From an uncultured Granulosicoccaceae bacterium (GTDB lineage: Bacteria; Pseudomonadota; Gammaproteobacteria; Granulosicoccales; Granulosicoccaceae), in contig CALGND010000020.1 of assembly GCA_937958675.1 (NCBI GenBank), positions 10,017 to 42,016 of the forward strand: a stretch of 32,000 nucleotides of DNA. Direction: 5' to 3'. The translations under genes and the position numbers were made by a program. The notes beneath the pieces are model-generated. The model was not told the origin of the DNA. It searched no databases and was given only the letters and a program-made list of their open reading frames with translations. Each line of letters starts with the position of its first letter. Position 1 is the first letter of the stretch. Below, piece by piece: positions 1 to 9,001 of this stretch.

Positions 1-856
1 ATCAGTTAACGAATTCATCAAAAATGCTAACGCACGTTTAGGTGATCGAGCTGAAGTGCAAGGGTTTGGTTCGTCACAGCTAGGCAAGGATAAGGAATTA
101 CTGCAAAAGCTTAAGCTGGGTCAAGTCACGTTTGCGTTGCCTTCTTCGGTGATGTCGTCAGTGGCTGATGAGTTTGGTGTTTTTGAAATGCCGTATATTG
201 TACAGTCCCGCGATCATATGAAAGCGATCCAAGCAGAAATGGGTGACAGCGTGTTTAATGCTGCAGCCGAAGCTAAGGGATATAAAATTCTTAGCTACTT
301 TGAAAATGGCTTTCGACACATTACCAACAACACGCGTCCGGTTAATGTGCCGGAAGATCTAGCTGGTATCAAATTGCGTACTCCAAAAGGCGAATGGCGC
401 GTCAAGATGTTCCAACTATATGGTGCAAACCCAACGCCGATGTCTTTCTCCGAAGTGTTCACCGCTTTGAAAACAGGCGTTATCGATGGCCAAGAAAATC
501 CGTATGCGCAAATCTGGTCTGCCAAGTTTCAGGAAGTGCAGAAGTATTTGTCTATAACTGGCCACGTTTATACCCCAGCCTACGTATTGGTGTCAGCTAA
601 AAATTTCGCAAAGCTACCAGAAGATGTTCAAGCGGACTTGATGGCAGCAGCTGCCGAGTCGCAAGATGCTGTTTATGAAATGGCGGCGCAACTTGAAACT
701 GAGTTACTCGAAAACTTGAAATCAGGTGGCGTGGAAGTGAACACAGCTGATAAGGCGGCGTTTATCGAAGCATCAAAACCAATATATGAAGAGTTTGCAT
801 CAAGTGTTGATGGTGGTGCTGAACTAATTGAAAAAGTTCAAGCTTTGGCGAAGTAG
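1..856 (+). CDS. TRAP transporter periplasmic substrate-binding protein (DctP family), 5' end cut by the window start
   Basis: Frame 2 is open from nt 2, so the GTG at 56 in the ORF track is internal. The translation has DctP-like segments (YFENGFRHITNN, PEDLAGIKLRTP). DctQ- and DctM-like genes follow. Confidence 0.85.
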   Translation, partial: SVNEFIKNANARLGDRAEVQGFGSSQLGKDKELLQKLKLGQVTFALPSSVMSSVADEFGVFEMPYIVQSRDHMKAIQAEMGDSVFNAAAEAKGYKILSYFENGFRHITNNTRPVNVPEDLAGIKLRTPKGEWRVKMFQLYGANPTPMSFSEVFTALKTGVIDGQENPYAQIWSAKFQEVQKYLSITGHVYTPAYVLVSAKNFAKLPEDVQADLMAAAAESQDAVYEMAAQLETELLENLKSGGVEVNTADKAAFIEASKPIYEEFASSVDGGAELIEKVQALAK

Positions 857-968
857 CTATAACAAAATGTATCTACGGCGCTAGTCGCCACTCTGTATAA
901 CAACTGTGTCATCGGGTGTCTCACCGGATGGCACAGTTGTACCTATTAAAAATATTGGAGACGCTGCA

Positions 969-1508
969 GTGAAATCATTGGTTCGTGCTATCGAGTTTGT
1001 GCTCGAATGGTTTTTGATGATATTGATGGTAGCGTTGACCACCATTGTTGTTGTAGCGGTTGTGTATCGAAAACTCGATGCCTCACTTTCTTGGTACGAT
1101 GAGGTTGCCAGCGTGATGCTGGCGTGGATTACTTACTACGGTGGTGCTTTGGCTGTGCTCAAGCGAAAGCACATCGGCTTTGACAGTGTTCTTTTGGCTA
1201 TTCCAATGCCGGTGCGTTTGTACACCGCCATTTTTGCAGAAGCCGTATTTATTGCATTTTTTGTTCTACTGGCTTGGGCCGGCTGGCAAGTGTTGTTAGT
1301 ACTGGAGGGTGATACCTTAGTCAGTCTACGCTGGGTGCCGGTGCAACTTACACAATCCGTTATCCCGATTGGAGCTGTGTTGTTTATCTTTTGTGAATTG
1401 TTGGCTGCACCTGCTTACTTAAAGATGGTGATAGCGGGCGAGTCTGCGGAGCACGCTGAGATTGAAGCCGAAATTCAAGAAGCAGAAGCGGAGATGCAAC
1501 GCTCATGA
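969..1508 (+). CDS. TRAP transporter small permease (DctQ family)
   Basis: Four hydrophobic helices. The ORF is open from GTG 906. In-frame GTG 969 has a GGAG (957-960) 8 nt upstream and gives the short N-terminus usual for DctQ. The stop overlaps the next start (ATGA at 1505-1508). Confidence 0.75.
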   Translation: MKSLVRAIEFVLEWFLMILMVALTTIVVVAVVYRKLDASLSWYDEVASVMLAWITYYGGALAVLKRKHIGFDSVLLAIPMPVRLYTAIFAEAVFIAFFVLLAWAGWQVLLVLEGDTLVSLRWVPVQLTQSVIPIGAVLFIFCELLAAPAYLKMVIAGESAEHAEIEAEIQEAEAEMQRS

Positions 1509-2785
1509 TGGTTTTCTGTATTTTTCTTGTACTGTTGGTGCTGATCTGTATCAATGTCCCTATTGCTGTTGCATTGGCGGTAGCGGCAATTGTGGGTTTA
1601 GTTGTTACTGAAGGGGTAGGTTCGCTGGTTACCGTCGCATTGGATATGTACGACGGGTCAACAAAATTTTCCTTGATTGCCATACCGATGTTCGTGCTGG
1701 CAGGTGCCATCATGAATGCCGGTGGTATCACCGATCGGCTTATCAATTTTGTGTCATCTCTCATTGGTTTTGTACGCGGTGGCCTTGGTATGGTTAACAT
1801 CGGCGTATCGTTGTTTTTTGCAGAAATATCGGGTTCAGCGGTTGCCGATGTTGCCGCACTTGGCTCGGTGATGATTCCGCAAATGAAAAAGCGAGGCTAT
1901 TCTGGGCCACTCGCTGCAGCGATCACGTCTTCTTCGGCATCGTTAGCCATTATAATCCCGCCGTCTATTCCGATGATTGTCTATGGTGTATCTGCCAATG
2001 CCAGTATTGAACAACTGTTTGTTGCGGGAATTGTTCCAGGCTTAATCGGTGCAGTTGGACTTATGTCGGTGGCTTACGCGTTTGCACTTAAATACAACTT
2101 GCCTACTGAAGAGGCGTTTAATACACGTAAAGTAAAGGATGCGTTTAAAGAAGCTCTGCCTACATTTCTACTACCAATTATTATTCTCGGCGGCATCTTT
2201 GGTGGTTTTGTTACTGCTACGGAAGCGGCAGGCTTGGCTGTTGTCGTCGCGCTGGGTCTAGGCTTTTATTACGGTGAGATAAGCTTTAAACGTTTGCGAA
2301 CCTCTATGATAGAAGGTGGCATTCAAACAGCCGTGGTGATGCTATTAGTTGCTGCGTCCGTGTTAATGGGTGGTTTCTTAACCCGGGCTCAAGTCCCACA
2401 AGAGCTAGCTGCAAGCATGATGGCTTTAACGGATAATAAGTATATTATTCTTGCAATTTTGAATGTGTTCTTCCTTGTCATCGGCTTTTTTCTGCACTCA
2501 GTGGCAGCCATTATTTTGGTCGTACCGATCGTTGTGCCATTGATTCAGGTTGTGGGTATTGACCCAGTTCACTTTGGTCTAATCGTTACATTGAATTTAG
2601 CCATAGGCCAGCAGACACCGCCCGTGGCATCGGTGTTAATCACCTCCTGTTCCATTGCCAAGGCTAATATATGGGATGTATCGAAAGTGAACGTCTATTT
2701 CGTTGGTGTACTATTCCTTGTGCTGATGCTGTGCACCTATGTGCCTGCCGTACCCATGTCTTTGGTTGACTACTTCTACCGATGA
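1505..2785 (+). CDS. TRAP transporter large permease (DctM family)
   Basis: 426 aa and highly hydrophobic, with the multi-helix layout typical of DctM. Translationally coupled to the DctQ-like gene. Confidence 0.9.
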   Translation: MMVFCIFLVLLVLICINVPIAVALAVAAIVGLVVTEGVGSLVTVALDMYDGSTKFSLIAIPMFVLAGAIMNAGGITDRLINFVSSLIGFVRGGLGMVNIGVSLFFAEISGSAVADVAALGSVMIPQMKKRGYSGPLAAAITSSSASLAIIIPPSIPMIVYGVSANASIEQLFVAGIVPGLIGAVGLMSVAYAFALKYNLPTEEAFNTRKVKDAFKEALPTFLLPIIILGGIFGGFVTATEAAGLAVVVALGLGFYYGEISFKRLRTSMIEGGIQTAVVMLLVAASVLMGGFLTRAQVPQELAASMMALTDNKYIILAILNVFFLVIGFFLHSVAAIILVVPIVVPLIQVVGIDPVHFGLIVTLNLAIGQQTPPVASVLITSCSIAKANIWDVSKVNVYFVGVLFLVLMLCTYVPAVPMSLVDYFYR

Positions 2786-2848
2786 TTTTTGTTGTACGTT
2801 CGGCCTAATTTGTTTAGTCACTTAATACGGTAAGGGTATCGCCTAATA

Positions 2849-3628
2849 ATGAGTAGTGAAGACGATCTATTATTTCAACAGTCTGATGACGTGGGTGTTA
2901 TTACCTTTAATCGCGCACCAGCCCGTAATGCACTTACCTTCGAAATGTATGATGCACTTGCAAAAATATTTGATCAGATTCATGAACAAACCATAGACAT
3001 AAAGGCGCTGATATTTACTGGTGCGGGTGAAAAGGCGTTTGCAGCCGGTACGGATATATCTCGGTTTAGGGATTTTGAAACTGAAGCAGATGCCCTAGGT
3101 TATGAGCGCAGAATGGATCAGGTGTTAGGGCGGCTTGAGACACTTACTATACCTACTGTTGCTGCAATTCGAGGTGCATGCACCGGCGGTGGCGCAGCCA
3201 TTGCAGCCTGCTGCGATATACGATTCGCAAGTAGTGACCTTAAATTCGGTTTTCCTATTGCTCGTACGCTGGGTAATTGCCTGTCAGTGGGCAATCTGTC
3301 TCGTTTGGTTGAGTTGCTTGGCTCAAACAGAACACGAGAGATACTATTGACATCCCGATTAATTCAAATAGATGAGGCACTCAATATTGCATTGGTAAGT
3401 GAGTGTGTTGACGATCCAATGGCGAGAGCCCATGAGCTTTGTGCGCAACTAAAGACGCAAGCCCCACTGACTATTGCTGCGAGTAAAGAAGGGCTACGCC
3501 GCTTGCGAGAGCATGCGAGCAATGTGCGAGGCGATGACCTAATTATTCAGTGCTACACCAGCAAGGATTTTCACGAGGGTATTGATGCGTTTTTTGCGAA
3601 ACGTAAACCGCAATGGCAAGGAAAATGA
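2849..3628 (+). CDS. Enoyl-CoA hydratase/isomerase (crotonase) family protein
   Basis: 259 aa. Crotonase-type segments are FNRAPARNALT, FTGAGEKAFAAGTDI and AAIRGACTGGGAAIAACCDIRFA. Confidence 0.85.
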   Translation: MSSEDDLLFQQSDDVGVITFNRAPARNALTFEMYDALAKIFDQIHEQTIDIKALIFTGAGEKAFAAGTDISRFRDFETEADALGYERRMDQVLGRLETLTIPTVAAIRGACTGGGAAIAACCDIRFASSDLKFGFPIARTLGNCLSVGNLSRLVELLGSNRTREILLTSRLIQIDEALNIALVSECVDDPMARAHELCAQLKTQAPLTIAASKEGLRRLREHASNVRGDDLIIQCYTSKDFHEGIDAFFAKRKPQWQGK

Positions 3629-4845
3629 CAAATGGTTCTGATGGCCCACTTGATGGCCTTCGGGTAATTGAATTAGCGCATATTATGGCAGGGCCGGCCT
3701 GTGGGCTGATGCTGGCTGATATGGGCGCTGATGTTATCAAGGTAGAAAAATACGGTACGGGCGATGATAGTCGGCGCTTTCTACCGCCAGACGTTAAGGG
3801 CGAATCGGCTGCGTTTATGATGATGAATCGCAACAAACGCGGTGTAGCCATCGATCTGAAGCAAAGCAATGGCAAATCAGTTTTGATGGCGCTGCTTAAA
3901 GAGGCTGATGTCGTTATCGAGAACTACCGGCACGATACGATGGCGCGGTTGGGTTTAGATTACGAAACTCTTAAAGCAATAAATCCGGGCCTCATCTATT
4001 GCGAGATTTCAGGATTTGGTAGAACGGGCCCTTATCGTGAACGCGGTGGGTTTGATCTAATCGCGCAAGGCATGTCGGGATTGATGTCAATAACCGGCGA
4101 AGGCCCTAGTAGGCCCCCGGTTAAAGCTGGTCCTCCTATTACTGATATTACAGCAGGCATACTAGCGGCAATGGGTGTTTGTGCAGCCTATGTATCGAAG
4201 CAAAAAACGGGCTTAGGGCAAAGGGTCGATACGTCATTGTTTGAGGCAGGTATAACCCAAACGTTCTGGCAGTCCGCTATTGCATTTGCTACAGGAGTCG
4301 CACCACAGCCTTTGGGTTCGGCACACCCATTAAATGCCCCTTATCAATCAGTTGCTACCCAAGATGGCTGGATTAACATTGGCGCAGCCAACCAAGCAAA
4401 CTGGCTGTTGATGCTGCAGGCCATCGACGCCCTTAATATGGCAGAGGATCCAAGGTTCAAAATTAACGCTGATCGAATGCAGAACCTTGATGTACTTATG
4501 GAGGAGTTAAACAAGGTGTTTAAGACTAACACCACTGAACATTGGCTCGCCTGTCTAACGGAGGCGGGCGTACCGGCCGGGCCGATTCTTGATGTATGCG
4601 AAATGCACCAAGACCCTCAAGCATTAGCACGTGAAATGGTAACTGAGGTTAACCATCCCACAGTGGGCGTGGAAAAAACCTTAGGTGCGCCAGTGAAGTT
4701 TCATGGTACTCCGGGTGGTGTAAAGTGTGCAGCACCATTGCTAGGCGAACACTCTGTTGAGGTGCTTAAGGAACTTGGATATGAGCAAGAAGTTATTGAT
4801 CGCTTAGTGGCTGAAGAAGTTGTAGGTATCGTTAGTAACAGCTAA
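3625..4845 (+). CDS. Family III CoA-transferase (CaiB/BaiF family)
   Basis: N-terminal LDGLRVIELAHIMAGPACGLMLADMGADVIKVE and the active-site-region GGFDLIAQGMSGLMSITGE are typical of CaiB-like enzymes. ATG 3625 overlaps the crotonase stop (ATGA). An alternative ATG lies at 3613. Confidence 0.85.
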   Translation: MTNGSDGPLDGLRVIELAHIMAGPACGLMLADMGADVIKVEKYGTGDDSRRFLPPDVKGESAAFMMMNRNKRGVAIDLKQSNGKSVLMALLKEADVVIENYRHDTMARLGLDYETLKAINPGLIYCEISGFGRTGPYRERGGFDLIAQGMSGLMSITGEGPSRPPVKAGPPITDITAGILAAMGVCAAYVSKQKTGLGQRVDTSLFEAGITQTFWQSAIAFATGVAPQPLGSAHPLNAPYQSVATQDGWINIGAANQANWLLMLQAIDALNMAEDPRFKINADRMQNLDVLMEELNKVFKTNTTEHWLACLTEAGVPAGPILDVCEMHQDPQALAREMVTEVNHPTVGVEKTLGAPVKFHGTPGGVKCAAPLLGEHSVEVLKELGYEQEVIDRLVAEEVVGIVSNS

Positions 4846-4850
4846 CTCTC

Positions 4851-4949
4851 GTCATCCTCGCGCACTTGTCATCGCGCGAATCTGTCATCCCTGCGCAGGC
4901 GGGGATCCCTGCTCTACATAGAATGGATCCTCGCCTTCGTTAGGATGAC
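4851..4949. repeat. Composite REP-like element with three direct units and one inverted unit of a GTCATCC..GGCGGGGATCC family
   Basis: Direct units start at 4851, 4868 and 4884; the full unit is 4884-4908, gtcatccctgcgcaggcggggatcc. The inverted unit is 4925-4949, and its reverse complement matches unit 3 at 20/25 positions. The full unit has its own short stem-loop. The element lies between convergent stop codons. Confidence 0.8.
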
Positions 4950-4954
4950 GGAAT

Positions 4955-6001
4955 CTAAAGATGCCTAACGTTTACTACGCCGTGCTGAGCTGTGAGACGT
5001 GGGTCATTGGAGCGAATAGTGACGCTCTGGCCTGTGAGTATCTCTTCACAACGAGCCAGTGTGTCATCGGTTAAGCGTTGCATGGCCTCTTGAGTATAAA
5101 AGGTCAGATGTGGTGACAGGATTACGTTGTCGCTCTCATAAAGGCCAGCTAGTGCGTGAGTCGAGCGATTTAACGGTTCATTCGTGAATACATCCAAACC
5201 GGCTGCGCTAATTTTTTGAGTGTTTAAGGCATTGAGTAATGCTGATTCATCCACTAACGCGCCGCGCGACACATTGATAAATACTGGTTGTCTGCGCATA
5301 GCGGCAAACTCATCATCTCCTATCATTGTGCGCGTTGAATCGTTTAGAACGGTATGCATCGATACAATATCTGCTTGCGCTAGAAGCTCATGCAAGGTAT
5401 GGATTTTTTCAATCCCCAGTGCGTGTAATTCTGCTACATCGACATGTGGGTCGTAGGCAATGACCTTTGCTCCAAAACCTTGGCCTGCCATACGGGCGAA
5501 CGCTCGACCAATGCGGCCGGCGCCAACAATAGCCACGCATTTGTCGTTTATATCGTTTCCCATCCAATCAGATGTTGGATCAATCCAGCCATTTTGTTGC
5601 ATCGCTTGATGTATAGGCAGCAATTTTTTAACTAAGGCCAACATCAAACAAAATGCACCTTCGGCAACAGTTTGCTCTGCGTATTCTGGCACATTGACAA
5701 CGGGGATGCCGCGCTCAGTGGCTACAGGTATATCGATGGCATCGATGCCAACTCCGTATTTTACAATGCCGCGAAGCTTTTCAGCAGCTTCGATTACTTT
5801 CGCACTAATCGTGGTGTAGCACATGAGAATAAGTGTTGCGTCTGAGACGGCTTTGCACAGATCGGCTTCGTCGATGTCGGCTGGCAACAAAACAAGCTCA
5901 GCGCCTCTAGAGGTAAACCAGGCATCGATATCGTCGCATTCGATCTCGGAATCAGTACGTACGACTTTAATCCCGTGTAAGTCTAAGCTGGAGCCCGTCA
6001 T
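4955..6001 (-). CDS. D-isomer-specific 2-hydroxyacid dehydrogenase family, NAD-binding
   Basis: Rossmann motif VGAGRIGRAFA. Family segments are INVSRGALVDE and SPHLTFYT. The start is taken at ATG 6001-5999, which forms ATGA with the upstream stop. The ORF-track start at 6025 would overlap the upstream gene by 28 nt. Confidence 0.85.
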   Translation of the reverse strand: MTGSSLDLHGIKVVRTDSEIECDDIDAWFTSRGAELVLLPADIDEADLCKAVSDATLILMCYTTISAKVIEAAEKLRGIVKYGVGIDAIDIPVATERGIPVVNVPEYAEQTVAEGAFCLMLALVKKLLPIHQAMQQNGWIDPTSDWMGNDINDKCVAIVGAGRIGRAFARMAGQGFGAKVIAYDPHVDVAELHALGIEKIHTLHELLAQADIVSMHTVLNDSTRTMIGDDEFAAMRRQPVFINVSRGALVDESALLNALNTQKISAAGLDVFTNEPLNRSTHALAGLYESDNVILSPHLTFYTQEAMQRLTDDTLARCEEILTGQSVTIRSNDPRLTAQHGVVNVRHL

Positions 6002-7392
6002 AGTGTGATACCTGCAAGCTGGCATTCTTCTGTAATAGCATCTTCTACTACAGTGAGGGCGAAATCTAATTGCTCTTCGGTGAGTATGAGTGGGGGTGTA
6101 AAGGTAAGCGTGTTTCCCATCGATATCTTAAAAGACAAACCTTTATCAAGACAACGATAAAAAACTGCTTCAGCTAAATCGTTAGCGGCTGTTTTGGTTT
6201 CCCTGTCCGTAACCAGTTCAACACCGAAGAGAAAGCCTCTACCACGTACATCACCAATGACGGAGCATCGGTTTTGCAATTCCTGTAAACGTTGTAACGC
6301 GATATTGCCTAGCTGGGATGCGTTACCAACCAAGCCTTCATCTTCAATGATTTGTATAGTGGTAAGCCCCGCTGCTGCACTGACCGGATTTTTCTCATGG
6401 GTATAGTGACCAAAGGCGTAGTTTTCACCGATATCTAGCTCGGGTGTTGTTAGCACGGCTGCCAAGGGCAGGATTCCACCGCCGAGTGCTTTGCCCAGTA
6501 CTAATATATCGGGAACCACGTCCTCGTGATCACAGGCAAACAGCTTGCCGGTTTTTCCAAGCCCGGTTGGAATCTCATCAAAGATGAGTAGAGCGCCGTG
6601 CTCGTTACAGGCTCGTCTTACTTCAGCCCAGAAGCCCGGTGGGGGAATATAAGGCACGGCTCTGGCTGGTTCTGCAATAACTGCAGCAACGTCGCCTTCT
6701 TTTTCTAGCACGTATTTAACAAAGTTGGCGCAGGTTAGTTTGCATAGATCTAGCTGTGGTTTGCCGTTTAGATCCGGATACCCATAAGGGCATCGATAGC
6801 AATCAAACGGGGCTACATGTTGCGCGCCGCTAAGTAATGGGCCAATGGCGTGAGAGCGAAACATTTGCTCACCACCAACCGATGATGCACCAAACCCAGC
6901 GCCATGAAAGGCGTCCCAAAAAGAAATGGTTTTATGTCGGCCAGTTGCAGCTCGTGCGATTTTCATAGCGACTTCAACTGCGGAAGAGCCGCCAGTAGTA
7001 AATAATACTTTTGATAAATTGCCGGGTGCAATATCACCTAATTTTTTAGCTAAGGCGGTGGCAGGTTCACAGGCGAAACGACGGGGAGCAAACGGTAACT
7101 CATCCATCTGTTTGGTAATAGCCGCTTTTAGTCTTGGATGGCCATAGCCAATGTGATGAACGTTGTTGCCATGAAAATCCAAATACCGCCGGCCTTGTGT
7201 GTCTTCGATATAAGCACCTTCAGCCTTAGCAATGGTTGATAGGCAAGGAGTGGACACTGATTGACGCAAAAAGTATCGGGCATCCTCAGCCAACAGTTGT
7301 TGGGTGGATTGGTCGTGAGCTTGTTCTGCCCACCGCGAGCGTCGCGAAGACGTATTGACTTCACTTTCGCCTGGCGGTGGGACTTTATTCAT
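5998..7392 (-). CDS. Class-III (AGXT2-like) PLP-dependent enzyme; candidate PbfA-type (R)-1-hydroxy-2-aminoethylphosphonate ammonia-lyase or a second aminophosphonate transaminase
   Basis: Class-III fold markers are DFHGNNVHHIGYGHP, FDEIPTGLGKTG and LGKALGGG (PLP lysine region). It lies directly downstream of phnY in the same orientation. Confidence 0.6.
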   Translation of the reverse strand: MNKVPPPGESEVNTSSRRSRWAEQAHDQSTQQLLAEDARYFLRQSVSTPCLSTIAKAEGAYIEDTQGRRYLDFHGNNVHHIGYGHPRLKAAITKQMDELPFAPRRFACEPATALAKKLGDIAPGNLSKVLFTTGGSSAVEVAMKIARAATGRHKTISFWDAFHGAGFGASSVGGEQMFRSHAIGPLLSGAQHVAPFDCYRCPYGYPDLNGKPQLDLCKLTCANFVKYVLEKEGDVAAVIAEPARAVPYIPPPGFWAEVRRACNEHGALLIFDEIPTGLGKTGKLFACDHEDVVPDILVLGKALGGGILPLAAVLTTPELDIGENYAFGHYTHEKNPVSAAAGLTTIQIIEDEGLVGNASQLGNIALQRLQELQNRCSVIGDVRGRGFLFGVELVTDRETKTAANDLAEAVFYRCLDKGLSFKISMGNTLTFTPPLILTEEQLDFALTVVEDAITEECQLAGITL

Positions 7393-7490
7393 TAGATAAT
7401 AGCCTTATGCAGTTGCGATCGTGTTTCAAACCCTGGAGGGCTCGTTGACCTTGTGTAAGCGATGGTCCAGCGCTTCGATACCCAGCAGGT

Positions 7491-7534
7491 GGCGGGCAAT
7501 CGATCTGCTAGATTCCCGCCTTCACGGGAATGAC
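7491..7534. repeat. REP-like unit of the same family as 4884-4908, with a partial inverted half-site
   Basis: The reverse complement of 7510-7534 is gtcattcccgtgaaggcgggaatct, which matches unit 4884-4908 at 18/25 positions. ggcgggcaatc at 7491-7501 is a half-unit in the opposite orientation. Confidence 0.7.
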
Positions 7535-7546
7535 GCTGCCTAGTTC

Positions 7547-9001
7547 TTAGCGAGGCCACGGTAACGAGTATGTCTTCACGTTAGTAAAGTACTTCATTGC
7601 CTCTAATGCGCCTTCTTTAACACCATTTCCAGAATCCTTTATGCCGCCAAAGGGTGACATCTCGATTCGATAACCCGGTTGTTCCCAGACATTGACGGTA
7701 CCGACATCCAAGCCTTCAATGTAATCGATGGCTCGATGCAGGTTGTTAGTGCAAACACCTGCAGACAGTCCAAACGCTGTGGAGTTAGATATTTCCATTA
7801 CGGCTTCATCGTTATCCGGGACACGCACGATGGGGACGATGGGCCCAAAGGTTTCCTCTAACACAAGCTCACTTTCGTGTGGCACATGATCAACTGTTAT
7901 AGGCGGTAATAAGGCGCCATCGCGACCTGGGTGATATAGAATTTTTGCACCCATTTTTTCAGCATCATGGACTCTGTTTTCAAATAGTTCAGCGGCTTCG
8001 GCATGAATGATACAACCGAGCTGGGTGTTTGGATCCATCGGATCACCGAACTTCATGGCTTTGGCTTTTTCCAACACGCGGGCAACCAGTTTGTCGGCGA
8101 TTGATTCTTGAGCGAGGATGCGCTTAACTGCCGTACAACGTTGCCCTGAGTTTCCTGTAGCACCGGCCACAGCGATAGTGGCGGCTTTATCCAGATCTTC
8201 ATCATTTAAATCGTTTAGAACGATTAGCGGATCGTTCCCGCCTAACTCTAATGCTTGACGCTTATAAGCACCTTTGCTGGCAATCATTTTCCCAACTGGC
8301 ACACCACCAGTAAACGTAATGATCTCAATGTGCTCGTTCAATACCATCTCGTCGCCAATATCGGCAGGCATGCCAGTGACTATCTGAAACATCTCAGGTG
8401 GCAAGCCAGCTTCGTATAAAATATCCGCTAAGGCAATTGCGGTTAGTGGGGTAAGCTCAGTGGGTTTGCAGACCATGCAATTGTTTGTGGCAATCGACGG
8501 TGCGATTTTATGTGCAACCATATTTAATGGATGGTTGAATGGTGTTATCGCCGAGATTGCTCTGACTGGTTCGCGTTTAGTGTAGATTTTTCGGTCTTTG
8601 CCATGCGGTGTTAAATCACATGAAAATATCTGCCCGTCATCGAGTATCGCAAGCTGCCCAGTTAGCATAAACACATCGTAAGAACGCCCGGTTTCATACA
8701 AAGCGTGCTGCTGACAAATACCTAACTCTAATGTTAGCCAATGGGCGAGCTCTTCGCGGCGTTCACGGATAAGTTCGGCGGCCTTGAATAATATTTGCTG
8801 CCGTTCATAACGTGTCAACTTAGGACGATAGTTAGCTGCAATTTCAAACGCGCGTTTGGCATGATCAGCATTGCCTGCGGGTACAGTGCCGATGACTTCA
8901 TTGGTATAAGGGTATCGAACTTCGATGATTTCTTTAGTGTGGACTTTCTCTCCACCGATACGCATGGCTTCTTTGCGTATATCGCGCGTTGCATTATTCA
9001 T
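7547..9001 (-). CDS. phnY: Phosphonoacetaldehyde dehydrogenase (aldehyde dehydrogenase superfamily)
   Basis: ALDH catalytic motifs are ELGGNDP (Glu) and GQRCTAVKR (Cys). [13 protein letters not shown] is characteristic of PhnY as I recall the family. The start overlaps the phnA stop (ATGA at 8998-9001). Confidence 0.8.
   Translation of the reverse strand: MNNATRDIRKEAMRIGGEKVHTKEIIEVRYPYTNEVIGTVPAGNADHAKRAFEIAANYRPKLTRYERQQILFKAAELIRERREELAHWLTLELGICQQHALYETGRSYDVFMLTGQLAILDDGQIFSCDLTPHGKDRKIYTKREPVRAISAITPFNHPLNMVAHKIAPSIATNNCMVCKPTELTPLTAIALADILYEAGLPPEMFQIVTGMPADIGDEMVLNEHIEIITFTGGVPVGKMIASKGAYKRQALELGGNDPLIVLNDLNDEDLDKAATIAVAGATGNSGQRCTAVKRILAQESIADKLVARVLEKAKAMKFGDPMDPNTQLGCIIHAEAAELFENRVHDAEKMGAKILYHPGRDGALLPPITVDHVPHESELVLEETFGPIVPIVRVPDNDEAVMEISNSTAFGLSAGVCTNNLHRAIDYIEGLDVGTVNVWEQPGYRIEMSPFGGIKDSGNGVKEGALEAMKYFTNVKTYSLPWPR

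Noticed and set aside
4955-6001. Calling the 2-hydroxyacid dehydrogenase a phosphite dehydrogenase (PtxD) because of the phosphorus context.
   Set aside because: Only general family motifs are visible. There is no ptxABC-type phosphite transporter, and I cannot verify PtxD-specific residues by eye. It is kept as a generic family call with a hypothesis.
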